DNA of 64,000 nt, taken from assembly GCF_009914755.1 (NCBI RefSeq), contig NC_060925.1; one strand, written 5' to 3'. Made by a program: the position numbers and the translations under genes. The notes under the pieces are model-generated. The model made no database searches. It was not told the origin of the DNA and saw only the letters and a list, made by a program, of their open reading frames with translations. This stretch comes from the human T2T-CHM13v2.0 reference genome, Homo sapiens. This document shows positions 13,320-33,397 of this stretch, piece after piece; the stretch's first letter is position 1; each line of letters starts with the position of its first letter.

Positions 13320-13611
13320 AGCCGGACACGGTGGCTCACGCCAGTAATCCCAGCACTGTGGGAGGCCAAGGTGGGTGGATCAGCTGAGGTCAGGAGTTTG
13401 AGACAAGCCTGGCCAACATGTGAAACCATCTGTACTAAAAATACAAAATTAGCAAGGTGTGGTGGTGCGTGCCTGTAATCCCAGCTACTCAGGAGGCTGA
13501 GGCAGGAGAATCACTTGAACCCAGGAGGCAGAGATTGCAGTGCACCGAGATCGCACCACTGCCCTCCAGCCTAAGTGACAGAGCAAGACTCCGTCTCAAA
13601 AAAAAAAAAAA
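13320..13611 (+). mobile_element. AluS inserted in a MER102-like element (~13090-13660)
   Basis: Alu body; TSD aagccat; flanks gccagatcctcccattttgaaaaagaagcc. Confidence 0.9.
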
Positions 13612-14672
13612 GCCATAAGTCAGATATTTAAGTGAAGGCCCCAAATTTGTTAGGAGCTCATTTGTATAATGCTAAACACTTTCTACATAGCTCAACACTG
13701 TTCAAGCCAAAGGAAATGGCTTTATGGATCAGATCCAGCCTACAGGCCAGGGGTTTGTGCTCTCCTGTTTGGGGGCACTTCACACTATTTTCATTTGGGC
13801 TTCCCAACATCCCTGTGGGATAGACCCAGTGTGGATCATATTTCCATTTTAGGGAAGAGGAAGCCCAGTTCAGGTGGGCTCCAGAACTGGCCCAAAGTCA
13901 CACAAGCAAATTGGTGGAGCTGGAACTGAAACCAGACATTCCACAACTCCTGGTCCTGGAACCTTTTCTCTGGGCATTCTCTGATCTCATGGAGAATTTG
14001 TTTCTTGGTTCTGGGTATTGTGAGCCAAGTTAGGCATGGGGCTGGGACTGGGGTGTGGAGACAGCACCTTTCCTGGGAAGATGGAGCGGGAGTGCCAGAC
14101 TGCTGTCCTCGAAAGCAGGAGACCAGTCTGATGACTCAGAGATGAGACTGTGTCTTGAGGGTAAAGCTGAGTCAGAGAAAGCAAGATCTGAACTGGGACA
14201 GCCTGGGCTTCTGAAGCCCAGGTTAGGGTATTGAGAAACTGGGAGAAAAACAGACTAAGCAAATCCTCTATCCCCACCCCCACTCCCCCCCACCTCCCCA
14301 CCCCACACAAAACCAGAAGCCCCAGACACCGAGACACCAGCAAGAACATTGCTTACTATTCCTGTCATGACAGGAAAGCATCAGGAGTTAGACTGTAAGG
14401 GGGCCCCTTGTATGGTCCTGGAAAGAGGGAAACTTTTTCAGGCAGCAGATCTCTAAAATCTCAGGTTTGGGCATCTCCACTGCAGGACCCAGCCTGGGCC
14501 TTTCAGACGGAGTGAGTACTCGTGTTGAAAACTGATTTAGAATGACTGGGCACAATGCTACTGCAGTCTGATCCTCCGTAATCGAAGGACTGAGCAGCAG
14601 ACAGAATGGGGCATCTCTGTGCCTTTACTGGAGTTTGGGGTCATGTGTAGGAGGATTAATACTAGTCACTTT

Positions 14673-15116
14673 TGTGAACCCAGAAAATCTGAGACAGTTC
14701 TCAGTTAATTTAGAAAGTTTATTTTGCCAAGGTTGAGGACGTGCCTGTGACACAGCCTCAGGAAGTCCTGATGACATGTGCCCAAGGTGGTCGGGGCACA
14801 GCTTGGTTTTATACATTTTAGGGAGACATGAGACATCAATCAATATTGTAAGAAGTACGTTGGTTCGGTCTGAAAGGTGGGACAACTTGAAGCAAAGGCA
14901 GGAAGACTCTAAGTGAAGTGGGAGGGAGCTTCCAGGTCACAGTTGCGTTCTTTGGAGTTTCTGATTAGCCTTTCCAAAGGAGGCAATCAGATATGCATCC
15001 ATCTCAGTGAGGAGAGGGATAACTTTGAATAGAATGGGAGGCAGGTTTGCCCTAAGCAGTTTCCAGCTTGAGTTTTCCTTAGTGATTTTGGGGACCCAAG
15101 ATATTTTCCTTTCACA
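14673..15116 (-). mobile_element. ERV1 solo LTR, MER4A1-like
   Basis: TG...CA ends; reverse strand starts tgtgaaaggaaaatatcttgggtccccaaaatcactaag; 4-bp TSD cttt/ctat. Confidence 0.85.
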
Positions 15117-15451
15117 CTATCTACCATGTACTGGCATTTCACATACATGACACAATCTCACTGGGACTCACAACAAAACCGAAATAGCTATTCTCTTATT
15201 GAGGATCTGAGGCACAGTGTTACTTGCCTGAGGACACACAACTAGTAAATTGGGGAGGTAGGATTCAAACTTACATCTTTGTGACCCAAATATAAACCTC
15301 TCTAACTGTAGGCTTGGAAATTGGGGCCAATATGGAGATGTATCACTCAGATCCCACTTTAAGACAGGACTGCCAGGCTGCAGCCATGTGGTTTGCTGGC
15401 AGCCCCCAGTGTGGTGAGCTCCTGCAGTCAGTGGTGTATTGGTAATGTTTA

Positions 15452-16003
<552 letters not shown>

Positions 16004-16376
16004 CAGGTATGATTCTGACATGAACACTGATTGGTATTTTTGTTTACATTAAGGATTAAAATGAAAGTAAAAGAACAAAGGTGTATATTGGGAACTTCAT
16101 TATTCAATAGCATGAGTGACTTCTTTGTGAATCAGATAACTGTTTTCAAATACTAGAATATCCCTCAATATTTTGTACTATTTACAATGTACAGACATGG
16201 CACACTTTTAAATTTAGTATGCAATATTAACCTTTCTCATTTACTTTCTTATGTCTAGAACACTGTACAGGTTTTTGTGTGAGCATAAATTTTCGTTTCT
16301 TTAGGATAAATACACAGGAGTGAGACTGCTAGCTCGTATGATAAATGTATGTACAACTTTATAAAAAACTACCGAT

Positions 16377-17070
<694 letters not shown>

Positions 17071-17098
17071 CTACCAAATTTTCCAGTGTGGCTGTACC

Positions 17099-17404
17099 TT
17101 TTATTTATTTATTTTTTTTTTTTGAGACAGAGTTCACTCTTGTTGCCCAGACTGGAGTGCAATGGCACAATTTCGGCTCACCACAACATCCGCCTCCTGG
17201 GTTCAAGAGATTCTCCTGCCTCAGCCTCCTGAGTAGCTGGGATTACCGGCATGCGCCACCACACCAGGCTAATTTTGTATTTTTAGTAGAGATAGGGTTT
17301 CTCCATGTTGATCAGGCTGGTCTTGAACTCCCGACCTCAGGTGATCCACTCGCCTCAGCCTCCCAAAGTGCTGGGATTACAGGCGTGAGCCACCATGCCC
17401 AGCC
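17099..17404 (-). mobile_element. AluSp
   Basis: Diagnostics present; TSD tggctgtacc. Confidence 0.9.
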
Positions 17405-18279
17405 ATGGCTGTACCATTTTACACTGCCATCAGCAATGTACAAGAGATCTGGTTGCCCCTCATCCTTTTCAGCACTTGTTATTATCAATGTTTTAAAAAA
17501 CTTTAGCCATCAGTGTTTAGAGATATCTAAACATAGCTTTCGTTTGTATTTCCCTAATGGTTAATGATCTTGAATATCTATCCATGTGCTTATTTGCCAT
17601 CTGTATTAGATTTGTTTTTAATATATTTTATTCAATTGTAATTTTACATAATTTAATTTGTAATAATGACTGTCTTTAACAACTGGCTCATAAAATTCCT
17701 GAAAATTTCACAATCAGCTATTGCGAGCCAGAGCAAGCTGGCTCCAGCACACCCCTTCATCTGTCTGGCTGAGGTCTCCGTGGCCTCTGGGCAGCTCTCA
17801 GGCAATGACTGAGCAAAGAGGTGGAATGAGGCCTCACCATTTCCCCTCAAGGCAGGATTCCTTTCTGGACAGTCTGCTCAGAGCATCGCCATTTGACAGC
17901 TCTCCCTGCCCAATTCTGCCTTTCTTTCACAGGGGCTGTTCCTGATAAACTTCCCCAACCGTAACTCTCTATGCATGTTTCCTGGCGAGCCCAGCCAGCA
18001 CAGAAATTCTGTCTAGTGACACTGCAGCCTTTCTGCCTCTGCCACCGCTGATTTCACTGCCACACTCGCTTAGGCCCTTTGAGCTCCTCACCTAGAAAAA
18101 CGCACATCAGCCCAGAGGCGCCACTATCTCAGCACTCCGAGCCCACGCAATGCTCCCGGAGCTGGGCCAGTGGGCGCCTCAACCCCGATTCACCTATGTG
18201 CACTGCTGTGTGGTGAGAGTGGTTCCCTGGGTCATTCTCTGGCACAACCTAAAAGTGGAAGTGCAGAAATCTCAATGTC

Positions 18280-18675
18280 CCGAGGAGGTGATGGCTGTGG
18301 TTGAGCTCAGTTGGGGTGGAATGTCCATGATGGTTTTTTCACATGGCTGGTTGACTAATGCTGGTTACTGACCAGGAGCTCAGCTGGGGCTGTTGACTCA
18401 GGAGCACCTACACATGGCCTGTCTGTGTGGTTTGGGCTTCTCACAGCCTGGGGCCCCAAGAGTGAACGTTCCAAGAACAAGCCTTTCAAGAGGGAACAAA
18501 TGGAATCTGCATTTCTCTCAAGGCTAGACCCAGAACTAACACAGGATCACTTGCAACATGTTTTTATTGGTTAATCAGTCGTAAGACAAGCTTTTTGTCA
18601 AGGGAGGAGGTAATAAACACCAACTCTCAATGGAGAGAGTGAAAAAGAATTTATTGCCATCTTTAATGTACTACA
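18280..18675 (-). mobile_element. Old MaLR LTR (MLT1H/I-like)
   Basis: ggagctcagctggggctgttgac...cacctacacatggcct...gggcttctcacagc. Confidence 0.6.
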
Positions 18676-18702
18676 ACACCATTAAGAGAATGTAACAGCA
18701 GC

Positions 18703-19000
18703 GGCCGGGCCTGGTGGCTCATGCCTGTAATCCCAGCACTTTGGGAGGCTGAGGTGGGTGGATCATGAGGTCAGGAGTTCGAGACCAGCCTGGCCAAGAT
18801 GGTGAAACCCCGTCTCTACTAAAAATACAAAAATTAGCCGAGCGCGGTGGTGGGCGCCTGTAATCCCAGCCACTCGGGAGGCTGAGGCAGGAGATTGCTC
18901 GAACCCAGGAGGTGGAGGTTGCAGTGAGCTGAGATCATGCCACTGCACTCTAGCCTGGGCAACAGAGCAATACTCTGTCCAAAAAAAAAAAAAAAAAAAA
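18703..19000 (+). mobile_element. AluS
   Basis: Full Alu with poly-A. Confidence 0.95.
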
Positions 19001-19026
19001 GAATATAACAGCAAAGCACTGGAATA

Positions 19027-20901
<1,875 letters not shown>

Positions 20902-21778
20902 ATATATAAAGAATGTCTGCAAAGCAATAAGAAAAAGACAACCCAAGAGAGAAATGAGCAAAGGTATAAACAAACACTTCACAAAAGAATATATTTAAAA
21001 GGTGAGTCATATGAAAAATTGCTCAACATCATTAGTTATTAGGGAAATGCAAATTAAGCCTCAATAAGATATCACTGCATACTCTTCAGAATAGCTTATA
21101 ATAAAAATATAGATATGAAGTGCTGGCAAGGATGTAGGGGTAGAGCAAATGGAACTCACATTGCTCCTGGGAGTGTAAATTAGTGCAACTATCTTGGAAA
21201 ACTGTCAGTATCTACTAAACATGAATATACATATACCTATGACCTGGCAATTCCACTCCTAGGCATAGACTCAACAGAAATGTGTACATGTGTACACTAT
21301 GGGACATAATCATGAATGGTTATAGCAGTACTATCCATAATTCCCTCAAACTGGAAACAATTTAAAGTTCTAGTCACTGTTGAATAGCTACATACATGGT
21401 AGTCTAGTCAATGGAATCCTATAGAGCAGTGAAATGGACCAACTATTACTACATGCAGGAACGTGTATGAGTCTCACAAAAATAAATGATGAGTTCCAAA
21501 CACAAAGAGTATAGACTGTATGATTCCATTCACATAAAGTTCAAACAGGCAAAACTACCCTGTGATAACAGAAGTCAGGGTAGTGATTATCTCTGGGGAA
21601 GAGAGAGGGTTTGTGACTGGAAAGTGGCACAAGGGGAGACTGGGAGTGACAATGTTCTATTTTAAAAATCTAGATGATATTTTCCTTAGTGAAAATTCAT
21701 TGAGTCGTACCTTTATTATTTGTGTGCTTTTCTATGAGTGTTATAGTTGAATGTAAAATTTTATTTAAAAAAGTAAAT

Positions 21779-22445
<667 letters not shown>

Positions 22446-22939
22446 CTAGTCATGCTTTTCACATTTGTAATGATTTATAAATGTGCTCTACTGAAAAACT
22501 GCTCTAACCATTTTTGTAAATAGGAAAGAGGTTGTAAGTTCAATTTTTTATTTGATAATTTGATTATATATATTTATTTGTGTGTACATGAAACATTTAA
22601 TGTTGATTAACAATTTAAAACCTGGCAAAAGCAGAGTGAACCAGAGCATATTAAGCAAGGAATTTGACATTAACTTGGGAGGCACCATTGGATGACAGAA
22701 TTAGCTGTCAAATGCATCTCAACAGCATCAACTTACCTCCAGTCTCCACATAGACGGCAGCCTATCCTCCAGCCTTACTGAGCGTGGAATTCCTCCAGCC
22801 TCAGACTCTCTCCCTTCCAGATTACTTCACACATAGCGTTCTCTGCTAAGACAGTCCTGTAACTCTTCACCTAGCTAACTCCTTCAGAGTCTAGTTCAGA
22901 CATCACCTGCTGTAAGTCATCTCCTTTGGTCTCTCTTAT

Positions 22940-23438
22940 AGTCTCTGAGATGGCCCCCAGTGATCTCTCCTTCTGGTGTTCATGCCCTTGTGTAATCTCC
23001 TCCCCTTGAGTATGAGCTGGATCTAGCTATTCACTTCTAAAAAACAGAATGTGGCAAAAGTGATGGGATGTTACAAGATGATGTTACAGAAAGACTGGCT
23101 TCTAGCTTGAGCTCCCTCTCTTCTCTTTCTCTTTCTCTCAAAGCTCTTGCTCTCACGTGGCAAGAAAATGACAACTTCAGCCAATAGCCAGTGAGGATCT
23201 GAAGCCTGCCAACAGCCAAGTGAGTGTCTTCAGGGTGAAACCTCCTTTGATCACGCAGTGAGATGATCGGAACCCCAGCTGACACGTTGATTACAGTCTT
23301 GGAAGACCCTGAGCCTGAGGCACCCAACTTAGCTGTACCAGATTTCTGACCCACAGAAACTTGAGCTAATACATATTTATTGTTTTAGGCAGATAAAATT
23401 TGGAGTAATTTGTTATAACACAATAGAAAACTAATACA
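22940..23438 (+). mobile_element. MaLR LTR (MLT1F-like)
   Basis: gatggcccccagtgatctctcc...catgcccttgtgtaatctcctcccc...aatagaaaactaataca. Confidence 0.7.
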
Positions 23439-23474
23439 ACCCCAACTTTCCTCCCTCCCATTCCAGGTTGGATT

Positions 23475-24091
<617 letters not shown>

Positions 24092-24347
24092 CATCCAGGT
24101 TGGATTCTTGCCCCTGTAGTATCCAATGTTTCCCATGATCACAACATTTATCACACCTTATAGTAATCTAGTGCTTGCTTCCTTATCTCTCCCATGAAAA
24201 GGACCAAAGATTATGTCTTACAAGCTTTTTCATTACAGTTCCTGGAACTTAGTTGTAATCAATAAGTGGTGGATTAACACATAAAAGAATAAATAGATGA
24301 TAGCTGTTTAATCTTGGAAAATAACAATCTTTCTGACTCTCCAATTC

Positions 24348-24518
24348 TTTTTTTTTTTGGAGATGGGATCTTGCTATGTTGCCCAGGCTGGAGTGAAGTA
24401 GCTATTGTTCATAGGCACCATCTTAGCGCACTGTGGCTTCAAACTGCTAGGCTCAAGTGATCCTCCCACTTTAGCCTCCTGAGTAGGTGGGACTATAGGT
24501 GCATGCATCATACCTGGC
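24348..24518 (-). mobile_element. FAM (fossil Alu monomer)
   Basis: Monomer keeping the 7SL-like gctatt...aggcaccatcttagcgcact segment absent from dimeric Alus. Confidence 0.75.
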
Positions 24519-24855
24519 TTTGATTCTTAATCTTCTAATTTTAAAATGATGACAACTAAAAATTGTAGAAACATTTAAGAGACAAAATGATCATGACTTA
24601 GTAAGTAATTAGTCGTGAGAGGTGACAGAAAAGGAGGTGTCAAAGTTTGGGCAGCTACATATCTCTAAGGGAGAAAAAGAATACCAGAGGAGGAGCTAGT
24701 TTAGAGTGGAAGTTAGTGAGTTCAACGCTGGACATGCCAAAATTGAGCTGTCTTTGAACACATCCACCAGGCCAATGGGTATACAAGACTGACTGTTAGA
24801 GAGAGGTCTATGGTGGAATAGATTTGGGAGTTAATGGCATCTAGATGGCAATCTA

Positions 24856-25792
<937 letters not shown>

Positions 25793-25830
25793 TGTCCCTT
25801 GGATTTAGTAACCGGAAGATCACTGAAGTC

Positions 25831-26715
<885 letters not shown>

Positions 26716-27514
26716 GCCTGAATCTATGACTTTGGAGAAAACAATTTCCATGGAGTGGCCAGGACTGATGCCAGGGTGCAGTGGGCTGGGGAATGAGCGG
26801 TGAGGAAGTGGGTGACACCATGAATAGATTACAATGAGATGAAGCCAAAGTGGAGGGTGATAGAGGGGCTTTATGGAGGGTTCTTGTCAGATGGAGTAGA
26901 CTGGACAGATATATAGGCCAAGGGGAAAATGTCAGAAGTGGGAGAGAGTTGAAGAAAAGAGGACGCAACAGACAAGGGCTCCGGAGATGCACAAGCTGAG
27001 GAGCTGGCTTGAAGGATCTCCAATGAGACTGGAAGAAAATAACAAGGATTTGTCAGGAGAGGAAGGTACGGTAGGATAGCAGTGCAAGGAGGATGGTGTG
27101 GGTGCAGTTCATATGATCACCTACAGGGTCTGGACCTACAGCCAAGAAGACTGATAGGCTGAAGGAAATGGAAGGACCAGTGGATGGGGTCTCTTGGAGG
27201 TCAAATATAGTTGTCATGGGTGTGAGGTCATGAGATAGCTCAAAGGATGGGAGAATGCAACCAGAAGGGAAGATACTGAACTCTACATGACCCAGTCTGA
27301 TTCATGACAAGATCCAGGGTGGGTCAGGGAGTGGTGGCCGCAGTAAAGTGGAGGTGGAGACTCTTGGAGTTAGTGATATCCAAGAAGTACAGGCCAATCA
27401 GTTGTGTGCCTAGGTGCTGAAATCTCTGAGGACTTGAGCTGGAGAGGAAGACCATGAGCCAGGCCTTGAGGGATTCAGTGAGAGGGCACTGGACTGTTTT
27501 TAGTGTTTAGAAGG

Positions 27515-28225
<711 letters not shown>

Positions 28226-28565
28226 GGAGGACAGTTGGATGGCATTTGGCTCAAAGAATGAGTTAAGCAACAATGTGGAAGTGACAAGAGGGAGGTGGGA
28301 CAAGCCAGCCACCGTTTCTGCCTCAGAGTCGTGGAGTGTGGGTGAGCAGCTTTTCTCCTGCAGGGCTGCAGAGGAAATGCAGACTTCTGTGAAGGCAAAA
28401 GATGATGATCTGGAGGAAAAGGGAAGTGTGTTCACAATGGATGGAGGGTTCCAGATTGTCATAGCTAAATAGGTTTTGAACCTGGAGTGAGAAAGAAATC
28501 CAAGGAGGGAAAGGAATGGTATAGAAAGGCTGGGGGAGGACAAGATTTGATGTTGGGGAAGGGCC

Positions 28566-28838
28566 TTTTTATTTTTTTTTGAGACAGAGTCCTGCTCTGT
28601 CACTCGTGCTGGAGTGCAATGGCGTGATCTCAGCTCACTGCAACCTTCGCCTCCAGGGTTCAGGTGATTCTCCCACCTCAACCTCCTGAGTAGACGGGAC
28701 TATAGGCACACGCCACCACACCCAGCTAATTTTTGTATTTTTAGTAGAGACGGAATTTCAGCATATTGGCCAGGCTGGTCTCGAACTCCTGACCTCAGGT
28801 AATCCACCTGCCTCAGGCACGAGTCACAGAGCCTGGCC
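28566..28838 (-). mobile_element. AluS with left-arm deletion
   Basis: TSD ggggaagggcctttt. Confidence 0.9.
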
Positions 28839-28890
28839 AAGGGGAAGGGCCTTTTCTGTTACAAGACCCTTGCTCTAGGTAGGGTCACTA

Positions 28891-29163
28891 TTTTTTTTTT
28901 AAACTTTTATTTTAAGTTCAGGGGTACATGTGCATGTTTGTTACATAGGTAAATTGTGTCACAGGGGTTTGTTGTACAGATTATTTCATTACCCAGGTAT
29001 TAGGCGTAGTACTCATTAGTTATTTTTCCTGATCCTCTCCTCCTCCCATCCTCCACTCCTCCAATAGGCCCCAGTGTGTGTCATTCCCTTCTACGTGTCT
29101 GTGTGTTCTCATGATTTAGTTCCTGCTTAGAAGTAAGAACATGCGATCTTTGGTTTTCTGTTC
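28891..29163 (-). mobile_element. Truncated older L1PA 3' end (L1PA13-like)
   Basis: tttaagttcaggggtacatgtgc...tacagattatttcattacccagg. Confidence 0.85.
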
Positions 29164-32100
29164 TGCAGGGTCTCTCTTAAGATATTCAGAACAGAGGAAA
29201 AAGCAGGAGTTAGATGGGTCTTGAGTGACTCTTTCTAGGCCAGCGTCCTTGTTTCCCAAGTCCAGTTCTCTTCCCCCAGGCTCCTCCCCTGGGAGCCTGG
29301 AGGCCCCTACACCTGGAGGAGCCGGGCCAAGGTTGGATGGCTGCCTGCCTGCCGAGGGCACTGTAGAGCGGGTGGTGGGTAGTGGATGAGGGTGGCACTT
29401 GACGCTGAGACCCCGCCGACAGCCTGGGCATCCTTGACTCGGGAAGTTACACAGAGCGATGGACCTTCCTGTTAGGACTGTTTTACTATAAATGAAACAG
29501 GAAAATATGAGAGAGTTCTTGAACTCTCCTGGGAGGAAGACAGTAACAAGCCATCTGACCACCCAACTGCAGCTCACTTTAAATAACTTTCTATGGCTAT
29601 TTTAAGACAGAAATGGACATTCTCCTATTAATAAGCCTGGCTAAGTAAGGCTGATCTGCAGCCAGGGTGAATCTGAAAGCCTCCTTCCCCACAGAGTCCC
29701 CAAGGGCAACAGACAGAGGGGCGTGCTCTTGTCGATGGACAGGCCCACACTGGTCATTTCGGGCAGGAAATTCTATAGGGGAAGAGATTCCTCAACCTCT
29801 TATGCCTGCTCTTGCCCTTCTTGGAGGAGCTCAAAAGCAGAATTTCTGTGGCTGAAAGGAGGATTTCCCCGGGGCCAGGCGTTGCCTCTCCCAGGCTCTG
29901 CACTGACACTCCTGGACGCTCCCACAGCCTAAGGAAGGAGGGTCTATTCTTATTCCCTCCTTCCTTATAGATGTGAAAACAAAGACAGGGGAGAGTTCAT
30001 TCTTCTCCAAGTTCTCACAGTTAGAAAGAGAAGCTGGGAATTGAGAGGGCTGCAAGTCACCACTCCCCACCGTGCCTGCCCTCCTGAGGCACGGTTTAGA
30101 TGCTGCCCAGGCCTTCGAAGCCAACTTCTTGCTTTGCCTGGGCAGTGGTGGGAGGCGGCTGCTCATCACCGCTGGGCTCTCCCTTTCTTGCTCACTTGGC
30201 TCTTTGGTGTCCTTGTCATAACTGAAAAAGCCATCATGGGCTGACGACCAGGTCCCCTTCACCCCAGAACCATTTTGTGGGAGTGGTCACTGCCCGGCTC
30301 CCCTCCCCTCCTGTCTCATCAGACACTCAGTCACCGAAAGAGAAAGGGAGGGAGGGAGGGAGAGCCTGGGGCAGGGGCAGAGGCGCCTCAGCCTGACATC
30401 ATGGCTTCTGTCTGTGTCACTGCCTTTCTCCTGCCTTTCCCAGTCTGACTTCTCACTGTAAGGCTTCTACTAGCCAGTTCTCTGCTTCCCCCATCTCTCT
30501 CTTCCTCATAGGCCCCCCAGCTCTAGCTCCACCATCTGGAATCTTCCGAGGAGTTCCTGTGGCCTCCAGCCCCGCAGCGGACAGACTGCATGTCTCAGCA
30601 TTTCTTGGTTCAAATTCCTGAGGCAGGAATCTGATTGGCCCAGCTCCCTTTTTGTGCTGGGCCACAGGTCATAGGTTGCTGGCCAGCCTCAGTTGGCTGT
30701 CCACGGACAGCCAGAGTTGAGTGGGACAAAACACAGCTGAGGAATGTCCCCTCCTTTCAGCCGAGGCTGTTTGTTGAATTGTTCCTTTTAGAAGGGACAA
30801 TGGCCAACATTTGTACTGTGCTTCTAAAGCCTCTGCTGGCCTGAGGCAGGAACACAGTCTTTTGGGTCCTTTATAAATAACTGTTTTAACTGCTAGAACA
30901 ACTTACAATACGAAGGCTCTCACTCCAGCTTTCACTACGGCGTACCCCATCTCTTTCAGACTCCTCTCCTTGCCCCAAATCTGTCCCTGGGAGCCCCCAG
31001 TGGTGACTCAGGGGTGAGTCCAGTCTGCAGCCGACTGCCTCCCACCGCAAATACTGCTGGCCCCACGACCTTTGACACTTGGATTTTAGCAGCGGTCACT
31101 CTATCTCCCGGCCCCAGAGTCGCCTCTGCCGACGGCCTCAGCATACCCAAGCCCTGCCATGATTCAAGGAATAGCCACAGGGAGAGCTCTTCTCCCTGTT
31201 TGTGGGCCTCACCCCCTATTAAATAGGATTTTAATACTCGGGCCCCGATGGCTTAGGGGCCGGAATGCCTAGTTTTTGCTCGAAGGCCACTACGCCCAGG
31301 ATCCAGCACAAATGCCTGTGAGGCCAGGACTGGGGATGCAGGGGCAAAGTTAAGGGGGGGACAGCAGGACTTCCCTTGCCTGGGCCTGGGGGTGACCGCA
31401 CTTGACTTGATTCCCCTGGGAGAAGTTATTTCCCCACAGACTCCTTGGTCTCTTGGGCCGTAGACTTGGGTGGGCCTCCCCAGAAAGTCTGGCTCTCAGG
31501 GGTGAAGGTACTTAACATGGGGCGCCCACCCACCCAGTCTCCCCCACCTGGTGGTGGAAATAGGACCAGCTTTTTGCTCTACATACAACCTAGTGTGAGA
31601 GGGAGAGACCAAACAACATGGCAGTACGGCCAGTGGCCCGGGGGCAGACAAGCCTGTCCTCTCATGCCAGGGACCCCTCTCCAACTGGGCTGTTTGGCTT
31701 CTCTGAGCCTTGGTTTTCTTATCTGTAAATGGGGGATCATCTTTCCGCATGGGGTCATTGTGGGAATTAAACTGAATGAGGTAATGCACCTAAAGCACCA
31801 GAGCCTATTCTGGTCCCTGATGAGAGGTGTATGGATGGAGATGCTATTAATATTACGACCCTGAGAACTGAAGTCAGATTTGGCTGCGTGTGTGAGGCCC
31901 AGCCATCTCACTGCAGCAGCTGTCATGATCATTGCCTCCCAGGAGGAGCCGGAGGGAGACCCTCGGGGTGAAGAATACCATGCGACCAGTGCCCCAGCCC
32001 CAGGGCTGCTGGGAAGGTGATGAGTGGGGAGGGAGAGTGGCCTTTAAGTTTACACATGTCTCCTTCCTGTACCCCATCTCTGCCTGGTCTTGGGGGTCAC

Positions 32101-32398
32101 ATGAGAAGTAGAAACAGGGTAGGAGACATAGGATGAGGATGGATGAAGAAATGGGAAGCTGACAGCACTGGACCTAGGGCAGTGGGTTAGGACTTCAGAG
32201 GTGCACTATGCATCTTACTGGGTTGATTGCTCTCTGGCAGCCAGTCCTTTATAAGGGACATGAACCCATCCTTTGGATGTCAACTGGGGACAGATGGTTC
32301 AGACTTGATGTTATACTTAGGGACACATTTTCAGGAGCCACACTGCCTGCACTGGAATCCCAGCTCCACCAGTCACAAGCTATTTGACCTTGGACCAG

Positions 32399-33397
32399 TG
32401 TCTTAGTCCATTTTTGCTGCTATCACCAAGTACCTGGCCAGGAGCAGTGGCTCACATCTATAATCCCAGCACTGTAGGAGGCCAAGGCTGGAGGATTGCT
32501 TGAGCCCAGGAGTTTGAGACCAGCCTGGGCAACATAGCAGGTGAGACCTTGTCTCCACCAAAAATTTAAAAATTAGCTGGGCATAGTGGTGCATGCCTGT
32601 AGTCCCAGCTGCTTGGGAGGCTGAGGTGGGAGGATGGCTTGAGCTCAGGAGTTCAAGGTTATAGTGAGCTATGATTGTGCCACTCTGCTCCAGCCTGGGT
32701 GACAGAGTAAGACCTCATCTCAAAAATGAAACAAACAAAAAACCGAAAACTAAAAGACAAAAAAAATTCTGAAGCTGGGGAATTTATAAATAACAAAAAT
32801 GTATTTCTCCCAGTTCTGGAGACTGAGAAGTCCAAGATCAAGGTGCTGGCAGATTCCGTGTCTGGTGAGGGCTGCTGTCTGCTTCCAAGATGGCACCTCT
32901 TGCTGCCTTCTCACATGGCGGAAGGGGCCAACAGCTCCTTAAGCCTCCTCTTTTATAAGGACCTTAATTCTTCTATTAATGAGGGCTCCACTCCTAAGGG
33001 CCTCACTCACCTCTTTTTTTTTTTTTTTTTTTTGAGACGGAGTCTCACTCTTTCGCCCAGGCTAGAGTGCAGTGGTGCAATTCGGCTCACTGCAACCTCT
33101 GCCTCCCGGGTTCAAGTGACTCTAATGCCTCAGCCTCTTGAGTAGCTGAGATTACAGGTGCCCACCACCATGCCCAGCTAATTTTGATAATTTTAGTAGA
33201 GATGGGATGTCACCATATTGACCAGGCTGGTCTCAAACTCCTGACCTCAAGTGATCCTCCTGCCTTGGCCTCCCAAAGTGCTGGGATTACAGGTGTGAGC
33301 CACCATGCCTAGCCCTCTCACTCACCTCTTAATACTATCATATTGGTGATTACGTTTCAACATATGAATTTTGGAGGGACACCTTCAGACCACAGCA
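32399..33397 (-). mobile_element. MSTD-like LTR containing AluJ (+, 32436-32766) and AluS (-, 33014-33314), within a MIR
   Basis: tgtcttagtccattt...gaagtccaagatcaaggtgctggcagatt...ttcagaccacagca. Confidence 0.8.

Noticed and set aside
24348-24518. 7SL RNA gene or pseudogene
   Set aside because: Lacks the S-domain; matches the FAM monomer.
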